Shown: positions 1-10,554 of the stretch, piece after piece
How the letters are laid out: every line of letters starts with the position of its first letter
Position numbering within the stretch: position 1 is the stretch's first letter
Assembly: GCA_000004985.1 (NCBI GenBank)
Contig: GG738867.1
Source of the DNA: Naegleria gruberi
Lineage: Eukaryota
Direction: 5' to 3' (one strand)
Length of the DNA stretch: 64,000 bases
Program-made: the position numbers and the translations under genes
Notes under the pieces: generated by a model
Told to the model about the DNA's origin: nothing
The model's database searches: none
What the model saw: only the letters and a program-made list of their open reading frames with translations

Positions 1-459
1 CAACAACAACGTGTCTTGTTTGTGAAAGTTAACAACAACAATAATCAACAAGCTACTCCAAGTGAACAACAATCAAGTAGTGCCAATGTTAATGATGCAA
101 CCAGTACTTCCAAAGAGGAATCTAGAAAGCCAAAGACCACTTCTCAATCAGCAGCCACTACAGGCAAAAAGGTAAAGAAAGATGCTCCTAAACAACCACC
201 ACAACAAAAGGCACCAGTTTCCACTGGACCTAAGAGATACTCTCAACAAGATTATTCTACTGGAAGCCAATCACCAACTCTTTACAATAATTACAATCCT
301 TATCGTAATAATAGTGGAAAGAAATCTTTCAATACACCATCAGGAAATACTGAAAGAATTAACAGCTTTAAATTAGATGCTAATGCTAAGTCCTTTGTTC
401 CTCCACCTTCCTTTACTCCAATTATTATTGAATCTCCAAAACAAGAGAATCAAACCTAA
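1..459 (+). CDS. 3' end of a 5'-truncated CDS encoding a low-complexity Ser/Thr/Asn/Gln-rich protein with a C-terminal PAM2-like motif (FKLDANAKSFVPPP).
   Basis: The frame is open from window position 1 to the stop at 457-459. The composition is low-complexity. The motif L-x-x-N-A-x-x-F-x-P matches the PAM2 PABP-binding consensus. There is no start codon inside the window. Confidence 0.4.
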   Translation, partial: QQQRVLFVKVNNNNNQQATPSEQQSSSANVNDATSTSKEESRKPKTTSQSAATTGKKVKKDAPKQPPQQKAPVSTGPKRYSQQDYSTGSQSPTLYNNYNPYRNNSGKKSFNTPSGNTERINSFKLDANAKSFVPPPSFTPIIIESPKQENQT

Positions 460-643
460 ATGGTTTCTGTATTACTAACATTAGTAATTCTGGAAAATAC
501 CTAATATTTTCCTTACAGAAATTTTGGATAGTTGAAGGAAATATTCAATTGACCTATCATCCTGTTGGATATTTTATTGAGCGATGACTATGAACCAAAA
601 AATACGGAGAACTAATGCATTTCTTTCAATTTTAGCAGTCAAG

Positions 644-1988
644 TCAACTTAACAAACTTTCAGCCATCTCTACACCATTTAAAATACGTTTAAATGGTTC
701 CACACAAAGTCCTGGTCTCTCATCTTTATCAGTAAACAAGTTATGATTGAGATGGTCAATTCTTTTTGTCAATGCATAATTACACATTATATCGACCAAC
801 ATGCAAGGAGTTAGTTTTCTATTTAGTCCTAATACTTTCTGTACTCTACTCAAGTATTTCTCTTTGATGCTTTCTGACCATTCATTCACCTCATGATTCT
901 GTGGATCACAATTTGAAATATCAAAATGGTAAAGTGTGATAATATTCTCTGGTTGGTTTTCAAAATATAGTACCAGCTCTGTATACTTTAAATCGTTGAA
1001 AAAATCATGTTCACAACAATACCTCAAACAGAAAGTATCTTGTCCATCCTCAATCCTGCCCTTAAATTTTACAGTAAGAAAAGCTTTCACAGTAGTCTTG
1101 GTTTTGTAATATTGTAAAGGTGATGATTCGATAATAGTGTTGTAGAGTGGAAGAGTTAAAGTGATGGGAATAGAGCATGTTGTCATAGTTTGGCAATAAG
1201 CTAGATTCTTAATTGTATACAAAGTTTGGAGATTGATTTTGCCCTCTTGATTGGATAGTAGTTGTATTGTTTTTGATCCAGCAGCTATACCTTTTTGATT
1301 GATTTCACTTGTTGCCCAACAGTAGAGACTTGAATTTGAGGGAGGCTCTACATTGGTGTATAGCTCAATGACTTGTTTGGCAATTTCTTGGTTGTCCCAC
1401 GATAAATATGGGATAACACAATTTAAAAAGTCTGTCTTATCCACTAATTTATCTAATTCCTCCCTATTGATCATCCTTTCAGATAGTGTGTCAAATATAA
1501 TCACATGTAAAAGTTTCCTGTTTTCATGTGCTACAGCAAATTCACGACAATTAGATCTAAAACTTGCTTCCACAATATTAAACTTGACAAATGACTCATT
1601 CACTGGAATCAATTGATCTATAAAAACTCCTATCACATTGATAGAAGCATTCATAATTTTTGTGGTCATTCTCAATATTTTGAATTTCTCCTCCCAATCG
1701 ATAAACCAAGCCAAGATAAAAATTCCTCCTTTCCCATTCAGATTCGAATTCTATTTCTTGTTCTTTCAAAAACTTGGCAATCCTCAATGCATGATAACTT
1801 GGAAAATCACGAGAATTTACAATTTTTACAATTGATGAACAAGTTACATAGAAATTACACTGACAAGTAATATCCAAAAATCCAAATAAATTCTCCACAA
1901 TCAATGGTTCCATCGGAAGTGTCTTTTGCTGTTTCGTACGTTTCTTATCAAATTTTGATTGAGAATTTTCATTCTTTCGTTTTTTCAT
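644..1988 (-). CDS. F-box-like protein; proposed structure complement(join(644..1750,1821..1988)) with a 70-nt GTAAAT...AAATAG intron.
   Basis: The N-terminal exon (ATG at 1988) encodes an F-box-like segment LPMEPLIVENLFGFLDITCQCNFYVTCSSIVKI. The downstream 356-aa ORF is in another frame. A phase-0 donor ATT|GTAAAT at about 1820 and an acceptor AAATAG| at about 1751 join the two frames without stops. Confidence 0.5.
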
Positions 1989-2027
1989 TTTTTTTTAAAT
2001 TTTAAAAAATTATTTTAGGCGGGAAAC

Positions 2028-3016
2028 ATGGATCTAAATAAGGTCAAAAAAATGCTTACACATTCTCTTCATAGATCTGCTTGTTTTCGCGGAGTGATGA
2101 AATCATCAGGTTATTCTTCTTCTTGTTTATTGATGAATGGATTCCGATCATCATCACCATCAGCAACAACAACATGTTTTAAAAACAATTTATTGAATAG
2201 TAGTACAACATTTGCCTCTCCGAAAGTTTCATCATTTAGTAGAGCCAATTTATTATATAAACCAATACAAAAGTCAGCAAGTAAATCATCATCAGCTGAG
2301 GAGGATGAAGAACCAAAGTTTTTACTTCATTTTGGTGGATTGACAATTCCTTTCGGAGAAAAGCCTGACAATATAGAGGTAGGTTTGGGTACCGAGTGTT
2401 AAATATTAATGTATTAATGGAATATTGTGTGGAATAATATTAGGATTTGAGAGATTTTGTTGCACAAGGTTTATCAATTAAAAAGAATAGAGATTGTATC
2501 AGATTTTTTGAAATTAATGAAGGAAAATTCAAGGAACAATTATCTGGACTTGTTAAAGTTAAAAAGGAAGTTACTGATATGAAGAATTTTAATGGAGTTT
2601 CATTACAAGCAGTGTTAAAAATTAGAGTTCATCCTTACTCATTCCTCCAACTTCAGGAACCATTTACTCTCTATCTTCATGATATGAAATCATCAGATGA
2701 TCTTGCTACAGCTCTTCATACCTACACTAGAAAGTACAAGTACAGCTATGTGGATAAGATTTCAGCTCCAGCAGATCCTACAACTCCAACACCGGCAGCC
2801 CCAACCACAACAGAAGGTCAACAACCAGCAAGTGCTCAACCTAAACCTCCAACTAAGCAAGTTGATGTAAAGAAACAAACCATTCTCCAACTCATTGATG
2901 AGGGTAAGGATTTACAATTTGTTGTGAGGACCACTAGAAAAGCTCACATTTATAGAGCTACTCAATTTGGTACATGCTTAATGGTTTGTCTTTGCTTCTA
3001 CTTGTTCGTTCTTTAA
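2028..3016 (+). CDS. Hypothetical protein with a mitochondrial-presequence-like N-terminus, a Pro/Thr-rich linker and a C-terminal hydrophobic segment; join(2028..2378,2444..3016).
   Basis: There is an ATG at 2028. The N-terminus MDLNKVKKMLTHSLHRSACFRGVMKSSGY is basic and hydroxylated with no acidic residues. A phase-0 donor GAG|GTAGGT sits at 2379 and an acceptor TATTAG| at 2443 (65-nt intron), and the downstream frame is continuous to the stop at 3016. The C-terminus LMVCLCFYLFVL is hydrophobic. I do not recognise the family. Confidence 0.4.
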
Positions 3017-3069
3017 ATGAAATTTTTAGTTGTTTATTTGATTTTTTTAGTGATTTTTTGATTTTTTAA

Positions 3070-6000
3070 CTAAACCCAGTTGGTCTGTCTTCCTAAAGTA
3101 TAAATGTCTTGAAGAGTGGATGTAAAGGTATTTTTTTGTTTGAGTTCTAGGTACTTCTTGTAGAGTCTTAATGCAGTTCTGGCATCCTCTATACTGTCGT
3201 GCGTATCTTGTTGAATATCTTGATTCAATAAATATTTACAAAGGAATCTCAAAGAAATCTTTCTTTGATTTGGTAATCTATATAATTCTACAGTGTCAAT
3301 TATTTGTTCCTTAGGTACGAAAATGTTAATAATCTTAAAATCGTTTGGCAAGCCATGACCGATAAATTTAACCTTCTTCACATCAAGTAAATATCTCAAC
3401 TTGAGGTAGGTATTCTTAATATCAGTAACATGGTGGGTATTAGACTTGTTATTAATATCCAAGTCTCCAGCCTTCAATCCAGAGAATCGTGTCATGTAAT
3501 CTCCAATACGTTTCTCAGCAGTTGAAATGTAATCGTCAATGAGTATCTCCTCATTGAATGTAATAATACTGACTCTACCCAAACCAAAACGTTGTCCATC
3601 ATCAATTTGATCTTCCTTTCTTGTTCTAACAAATTCAGCATCAATAGATACAATATCACCACTAAAGTTTACAATAGTTTTGAATTCGTCATTGTTGAAT
3701 AGGGAGGTATTTTCAGAGATTGGATTTACAGGGTTTACAGTTGGTAGGACGTTCTGAATATCTTGTCTCACGTAGAAAAGTAATGCTGGTGTCTTCCAAG
3801 TTTGACTGTAGATAGTAACATCCTTTTCTTTCTGTGGACTGATGGAAAAATCGTTGAAGAGAACCCAATCATTTGCAATCTTGATGAGAGCTACACAGTG
3901 ACCATCAAAATTCTTTGAGAGAGAAATATTTTCATTTTCTTCCTCACATTCATCTTCTTCATTTTCATTCTCATTTTCAATATTTTCGTAATCTTCCTTG
4001 TTGGCACTTTCAATAATTTTGGTTGTTTGAGTTTTTGGAGCAGTTGACTTTTCTTGGAATGGATGTTTAACTTGGATAATAACAGCAGCCAAATTATAGG
4101 TGATGGACATTGGAGGTTTTCTCTTCTGCTTGGTATAGACCTCGGCAGGTTGAATGTTGTGAATTGACTCTTGTAATTGCTTTTGCTTTTCGTCATTATA
4201 GATAAATGGCTCCCATTGATTCTTATCAGTACCGTGAATAATTGTAAAGTGGAGAGGTATGGTGGTATTTGTCAATTCATTTACAGTATGTTGTGTTCTT
4301 ATCCATCTAATGTCTTCTTCTCTTGCTGGTACAGTGAAGTTGAAAATATTAGGCAATGTCAACAAGCTTCCAGAGCTATTGTTGAGATAATCTTTCAACA
4401 TGACTTCAAAGTTGTCGTATGGATATTGTGGATTGACGCTCTTGAGCTTGTTATCAAAGTTAGTATCAACAGTTTTTTGAGTTTGAACTTCAGAACCAAA
4501 GAGAATGTCTACCATTGTTCTTTGTCTTCTCTTGTTTTGCTTCTTCAAGAGTTGAATGTTACTATTGTTGGTTGCTATAACTTGTTTCTTATTGTTTGGT
4601 GTGCTTCTCAAAAAATTGTAATTTGGTGAAGCAAAGATATATGGATAGGTCATGGAATAACTAAAGGTGGATGCTGATAAAAATTCCTTGTGAAGTTGTT
4701 TGATAATGTATGAGTGGAACTTTTGGATTGTTTCTATACAGGAAATTTTGCTACTCTTTTCATTCAAAAAGGTAAGTTCGAGATTTTGAATAGTTCTATA
4801 CAAGTTGGTAGCTTCTACTGCCTTCTTTTCAGTCTTTTCTGCTTGTTCAATCATGGTGAACAGGAAGCCAAGTTCTGAGGCAATACAGTTAGTCTTCTCA
4901 GATAGATGGTTCATGAGGCACACTCTCAATTGGGGAACAATGTGGTAGAGCACTTGGACGTAGGCATTAAAGATGGATGCTATTTCTAGGCCATTTTCTA
5001 ATCCAACAAATTTAGTGTCGTTATATTTTGAATAGTCAAATTCTTGGAAACGAAGTCTATTGTTGTGTTTAGCAACGTTCAAAGAGAACTCCTTTGGAAT
5101 GACACGCAAAACTCTTGAAAGTTTCTTCTTTGATTTGACATTGTCTTGTGCAAAATCTTTAAATGTTCTTCTTTCTAAATAGCCATCAATGACACGTTTT
5201 AGACCTGGGTTAATACTGGTTCCATAACTAATTTTAGAGTTGGGAGGGTTCTTATATTGAAGATTTTCTAAAATTTGGGGATGTATCTCAAGTGGATGTT
5301 GTCCAACCATGTAGGAATAATTTGGCCAATCAGACAACAGGGATGATCCATCATTTGTAACTTCTTCATCGTCAACGAGTTTGTGTAAATTCAATGGCTT
5401 GAAATCGTCATCGAAAGAAGATTGGTTTTGTGTTGAATAAAAGTGAAGAGTATTGGATGTATCTGCAAATGTCAATACATTTCCTGTTGTGCTAATATCA
5501 AATGATTGAATACCATTAGAATTATCTTGGTCAAATATTTGATAGAGGTTACCATCAGAATTTTGGTATCTATGATCAAATGAAGCTTGTAAATCTTTGA
5601 ATTGGAAATAACCTGTTTGAGATACCATCATTAAGAGTGAGTTGACTCTTGGATGGAATCCCAAAAATGTTGGATCAAGTTGGAAGTGAACTTGACCAAG
5701 CATTCTCAAAGTTCTAAGATCGTATGCTTTTACCATATTGTCAACACTTAGCTCACCATATCTATTGTTAAAACCACAAGTGACCAAGACATTATCTTTG
5801 ATGGCAATATCATTAATGGTACCTGTGTGGACTTCAAAAGAGTGTTCACTCTTGAGTGTTCTTGGATCTCTCAAGGACAATTCTCCCAAAGTACCACCAC
5901 AGCATACATATCTTCCTCCAGTTTTCATTACACAAATACCTTGATTGGTTTCTACTTGGAGACCCATCTTTTGAGCATTTAAATCAAAACTAAAGAGCTT

Positions 6001-6633
6001 GGTGAAATTACCTCCCATGATGAGAGAGTATTGTGATCTACTGCCAGATGATGAATTTCCTGGTGTGTGATCTGAATTGAATGCACATGACAATAATTGT
6101 TCACCAAATAGTTTAGAATCTTCATAGCTGTATCTGTATAGACCACCTCTTGTATGAACAGCAAAACCATTTGAACACAATGAATAAATTCTCTCCTTTT
6201 GAACGATCAATTGTTTGACATCGTAATTGGGTTCAAATGCTCTGAAGGAACAATACTTTTCCATGTTTGGATAATAGTAACCTGTGATTCTACCGTTTGA
6301 TGATCCTGTCCAAATGCACTCATCATAATTGTCTGTTACAACAACACGATTATCGTCTGGAGTGTCTACAGATGGCAGTTGACACCAATCTCCACTATTT
6401 GATTGTCTAGTATTTGAATAAAAATCATCGTTTGAATATCCATAACCATAGTTTACCATTTGACGTTGATAATTCTGTTGTTGTTGATAATAATATGGAG
6501 ATGATTGTTGCTTTCCTAGAGATGGTGATCGTTGTGGAGATCCACCACCTTGGTAATTATTCTTTCTTCCATTGTTTCCATATGAAGAACCTCTATAATT
6601 TGATTGTTGTGGTGAATATTGATTATAATACAT
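3070..6633 (-). CDS. PAN2: PAN2, the PAB-dependent poly(A)-specific ribonuclease catalytic subunit (WD40 region, UCH-like middle domain and C-terminal DEDDh exonuclease); single exon, 1187 aa.
   Basis: The ATG is at 6633 on the minus strand. The C-terminal exonuclease motifs are present: VSIDAEFV (the DxE motif), IGHGLPNDFKIINI and HDSIEDARTALRLYKKYLEL (the H...D motif). The N-terminal half has a WD40-like beta-propeller signature and the middle domain is ubiquitin-hydrolase-like. The size is typical of PAN2. Confidence 0.85.
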   Translation of the reverse strand: MYYNQYSPQQSNYRGSSYGNNGRKNNYQGGGSPQRSPSLGKQQSSPYYYQQQQNYQRQMVNYGYGYSNDDFYSNTRQSNSGDWCQLPSVDTPDDNRVVVTDNYDECIWTGSSNGRITGYYYPNMEKYCSFRAFEPNYDVKQLIVQKERIYSLCSNGFAVHTRGGLYRYSYEDSKLFGEQLLSCAFNSDHTPGNSSSGSRSQYSLIMGGNFTKLFSFDLNAQKMGLQVETNQGICVMKTGGRYVCCGGTLGELSLRDPRTLKSEHSFEVHTGTINDIAIKDNVLVTCGFNNRYGELSVDNMVKAYDLRTLRMLGQVHFQLDPTFLGFHPRVNSLLMMVSQTGYFQFKDLQASFDHRYQNSDGNLYQIFDQDNSNGIQSFDISTTGNVLTFADTSNTLHFYSTQNQSSFDDDFKPLNLHKLVDDEEVTNDGSSLLSDWPNYSYMVGQHPLEIHPQILENLQYKNPPNSKISYGTSINPGLKRVIDGYLERRTFKDFAQDNVKSKKKLSRVLRVIPKEFSLNVAKHNNRLRFQEFDYSKYNDTKFVGLENGLEIASIFNAYVQVLYHIVPQLRVCLMNHLSEKTNCIASELGFLFTMIEQAEKTEKKAVEATNLYRTIQNLELTFLNEKSSKISCIETIQKFHSYIIKQLHKEFLSASTFSYSMTYPYIFASPNYNFLRSTPNNKKQVIATNNSNIQLLKKQNKRRQRTMVDILFGSEVQTQKTVDTNFDNKLKSVNPQYPYDNFEVMLKDYLNNSSGSLLTLPNIFNFTVPAREEDIRWIRTQHTVNELTNTTIPLHFTIIHGTDKNQWEPFIYNDEKQKQLQESIHNIQPAEVYTKQKRKPPMSITYNLAAVIIQVKHPFQEKSTAPKTQTTKIIESANKEDYENIENENENEEDECEEENENISLSKNFDGHCVALIKIANDWVLFNDFSISPQKEKDVTIYSQTWKTPALLFYVRQDIQNVLPTVNPVNPISENTSLFNNDEFKTIVNFSGDIVSIDAEFVRTRKEDQIDDGQRFGLGRVSIITFNEEILIDDYISTAEKRIGDYMTRFSGLKAGDLDINNKSNTHHVTDIKNTYLKLRYLLDVKKVKFIGHGLPNDFKIINIFVPKEQIIDTVELYRLPNQRKISLRFLCKYLLNQDIQQDTHDSIEDARTALRLYKKYLELKQKNTFTSTLQDIYTLGRQTNWV

Positions 6634-7408
6634 AGTGTTATGTTGTTAATGATGAAATTCTATACAATAATATTCACAAATTAATAATGTATTCTAATGA
6701 TGCAAAATATCTCTGATCCGACTGTTATTTCACTTTTTAGAGTTATTATTATTGTTGTTGTTGCTAGATGATGAATATTGATTATTAAATAATAATTAAT
6801 TGATGATGATCGTGTGATGATCACCCGATGAAAAATTGCAACGAATCAATTGCACAATAAATAAGTTCTTTAGATCTCAAAGTTCATACTATCACCACAT
6901 AGGTGTGTTAATATTTGAACAAGGAAACCTAGTAGTGGAAGAGAACACAACAAGAACGCGATCACTACTTGTGTTGTTGTTGCTTGTTGATCAACGTTGT
7001 GATGAATTTTTTATTGATTGAAAAGCTTGGAAATTTGATTTGGCGCCAAAAATCAAATCGTTAAAAAAAAAGACTTGAACAATTTCTTGTGTTCGATAAT
7101 TATTGGAAAAGAAGGAGGAGCATATGCTATAATTTGTTATTATTGGAAAATAGCCTGTCAATTTGCCATTTAATTAAAGGTTTCCGATGTAGATTAATTC
7201 AAATGACATTATTTCAAATAAGGAGGATGTGTCTTTTCATCTCCATCATTGCTTATCATCATTAGGAAACAACAATCTCAGAAGAAAAAGAAAAAACTGA
7301 GCGAATTAGTGGTTTTAGTTAACAAGCTGAATATTTCTTCTACATTCCATCATCAATAATATTATTATTATTACATATAATAATCTATCATTGAAACATT
7401 AAACAACG

Positions 7409-10103
7409 ATGAGCAAAAAGATAGTGCCCATTTTGAGTCTGTATGAGCCTACTATATCAGATTCCGATCAGGTGTTAGCTTCAGGTCGATCAGCTCGTTA
7501 CCAAGGAAAACTCCAATTACATTCATCTACTGCATCCATCTACAAAACACCTTCATTAGCTCATATGACAACCACGGCTAGTATTAGATCTTCCGTAACT
7601 GATTTAGTCAAGTTCAATAGGCTCTCTCCTCATTTAAAACCTGAAGAGGAAGGGAAAGAGGAAAGAGTTTCCAAGTTTTTCTTATCAATCAAGTTTTTCC
7701 TGATTTTAATTATTTGTGGAATTGTAATTATGAGCTCTGTAGTTTTATCATCGACATGGATTGGAGCTTTATTGCCCTCAATCTGGGGGTTGAGTAATAG
7801 TGTAAAGGACAAACAAGTATTTGAGATAGTGAATAATATCAAAGAAACCATACAGGAGGTGCTGATCGTTTCTTCAGCAACAAAAAGTCAATTAGTTCAT
7901 TCACTGAATTATACAGACAGAGCTTGGATAGAAAAGCACATGTATACCATCTACAAATCTGAGTTGGATTTTCACAAGGATTTAATGATTACAACATACA
8001 TTGGAGATAATTTGGGAACTTGTTATGGAATAATAACATGGGATTCAAAAGTAGCCTTAGTGCACACCAACCTGAATGATCAGCAGTTATATTTTTGTGA
8101 GGATGTTGTAACATATGATTATTGTAAACGCAATTCAAAACCTGATATTACTTTAGGCAAATTTGAAATGTCAGAAATAGTTGAAACTGCAAACCTTTAT
8201 GCAGGATTTCCAGCATTTACACTGAGCTATGCAGATCGTACAATGCCTCAGTATGTGTTTATTAGTTTGATTAATAGTTGGAAAAGAGCTGCTCCTGTGA
8301 ATGGAACCAATTTTGACTATTATTTTGGATATGATATCAGTGTTGCAACCTTAACAACTCATGTTGAAAAGATTTTGGATCGTTCATATGGGGATAGATT
8401 TGCAATTGTAGAAACTGCTACTAATTACGTTATAGCAATGGATCACACAACACAATTTCTTTCTTGGGATTCGGATCGTTATACTCGAATGAGTATAAAT
8501 TCAGTCCAAGACACACAAATGAAATACATCTTCTCACAGATTAGTGGTGACTACTCATCAATGAAGACTGTCAAATGTAATAATCAAGAGTATCTGTCTA
8601 AGGGTGGATATTTCATAGCTCTTCATCGTTACTGTACTGGAAATAACATTGATTGGATGATTGTCTATACAGGTTTGTTTTAATAGATTGAATTGAAAAT
8701 AACACAAATTCTTCAGTTCCTGAATGGAATTTTACTGGAAGTTTTATTGTTGGCATGTTATCAGCTTTAACTGGAACAGTATTGATAATGATTGTAAGCG
8801 CAATTGTTGGAATTATTGTTTCATATAGAATTGTGAGACCATTCAATAACCTTATTGAACTATTTGAGAGTGTTTCTCATATGGATTTAGACAGATTGAC
8901 CGTTTCGAAAACCTACTTTTCAGAAGTTGTTAAACTCCAGAAAAACTTTTTATTTATGGTGAATAGAATTAGAAGTTACAAAAGCTTCATTCCTCCTCAC
9001 TTGATCAGCCAAATAGAGAATGGAGGAATGGAAATTCCCGAAGTTGAAGATCCAAGCACTTCACGGCAGCAAAGTGAGGGATATAATTCGAACAATTCTC
9101 TATCAAGTACTGGAAGTTTACGGAAAACTACTCTTGCGAAGAGTGGAAAGAAGAAGTATATTGCTTCAAAAACAATGTTCTCTCTACACTTGGAAATAAG
9201 GCAGGTTACAATCGTTACCATATTAATGGAAGGACTCAATGAAATGTTGAATGAAGCAAATGCTAAAGAGGTTGTGAATTTGTTGAGTGATGTATTTCTG
9301 GAGATTAGTACTGCCGTAAAACCAAAAGGAGGTCAACTAATTGGAACTGATAATGACATGTTTACCATTTCATTTAATGCTTCGACTGATCTTTCAAGGC
9401 ATGAAGAAAAAGCTCTTTCAGCATCTCAATTATTGAGAGACAAGTTATCGAAGCTAAAATCAATCAAATGGAAAAATTTGGAATATTGGAAGAAACATAG
9501 TTTCTTTTTGGATAAAGTCGTTTTCAGAACAGCTATCCTTTGCCAACAATCTCAAACTGGAAATATTGGTACCTCTGACTCAAAAACTTTTACAATTATT
9601 GGAAGTTTCAAATATAATGCTGATGCTTTGCTTGAGGTTGCCCAACGTTTAGATTTGGATGTGGTTGTCACTGAAAGATTATACTCTCAATTTTCCCATT
9701 TGTACTATATGAGATTTGTAGACAGTGTCGACTTGGCAAACGACTCCATGTACACCTCACCAAAGTTTAAAGAGGATAATATCTATGTTGGGAATGTGTT
9801 TGAAGTTGGTGACTTGTGTGAAACAAAAGCAGATGGTAAGTTTTCTAATTTCATTTTAATTAATTGTTATTTCTGATTTTAGAATGGATGTACGAATTGG
9901 AGGAACAAGGAAAGAAAGAAAAATGGAAAATCTACAATAAGGCTTGTGATTTATTCTTTGAAATGGTACATACAGAAGCTATAGAGCTATTTGAAGAATT
10001 CCTTCATCAACACAACCAAACAGCTTCTACCATTGATAAACCAGCTCATCATCTTATCAACGTATGTAGATCACAAATGGAAGAAGAAGAAAAAAGAGAG
10101 TAA
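7409..10103 (+). CDS. Receptor-type class III adenylate/guanylate cyclase (TM, extracellular sensor domain, TM, HAMP-like linker, cyclase domain); join(7409..8672,8717..9835,9883..10103), about 867 aa.
   Basis: TM1 is FFLSIKFFLILIICGIVIMSSVVL, followed by an extracellular domain of about 300 aa, then TM2 ALTGTVLIMIVSAIVGIIVSY. The cyclase core reads VTIVTILMEGLNEML...KPKGGQLIGTDNDMFTISFNAS. Introns of 44 nt (GTTTGT..TTCAG) and 47 nt (GTAAGT..TTTTAG) restore the frame across the three ORF-track segments. Confidence 0.75.
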
Positions 10104-10493
10104 TAGACTGGCTCAATTAATAACCAACACTGCCAATGGCTCGTTAAATTATAAAATACCTTACAGTGTATGTAGAGTTTTGGAAATTTAATAGATTCAA
10201 ATTCAGATATTTGATAAGATGACCCTAAAGATGTCCCACACCACAATTAAAATTTGAAGTTTACTCAAACAATAGAAGAGCGATGGATTCAGTTTGAATC
10301 ATCATACCGATGCCTGTGTGGTTAGTTGGGACTCTCAACTACAGCGCTGTTACGGAGATATCCTTGTTATGTATTTCACCACACACAAGATGAACCTTAT
10401 CAGAGGTACCTTATCGACCCATGTAACACACCCAAAAAACACACTTTCAACTCACGTTCCAAAATGATTGCAATGCAACTTGCCATAGTCACT

Positions 10494-10502
10494 ATTTAAA
10501 TC
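10494..10502 (+). promoter_or_regulatory. TATA-like element TATTTAAAT about 55 bp upstream of the acid-phosphatase ATG.
   Basis: There is a canonical TATA-box-like sequence in the 5' flank of the single-exon gene starting at 10555. Confidence 0.3.
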
Positions 10503-10554
10503 ACCGGAGCAGAGAGCACCATTCTTTCACAACAGCAACAATATCTCTAAAAAA

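Noticed and set aside
3891-4629. Antisense and nested ORFs inside long genes (for example 3891..4196 and 4177..4629 within PAN2, 15191..16408 within the GEF-kinase, and 30105..30353 within the GTPase gene).
   Set aside because: They are low-complexity or hydrophobic and lie antisense to strongly supported conserved coding sequence. That is typical of spurious ORFs in AT-rich genes.
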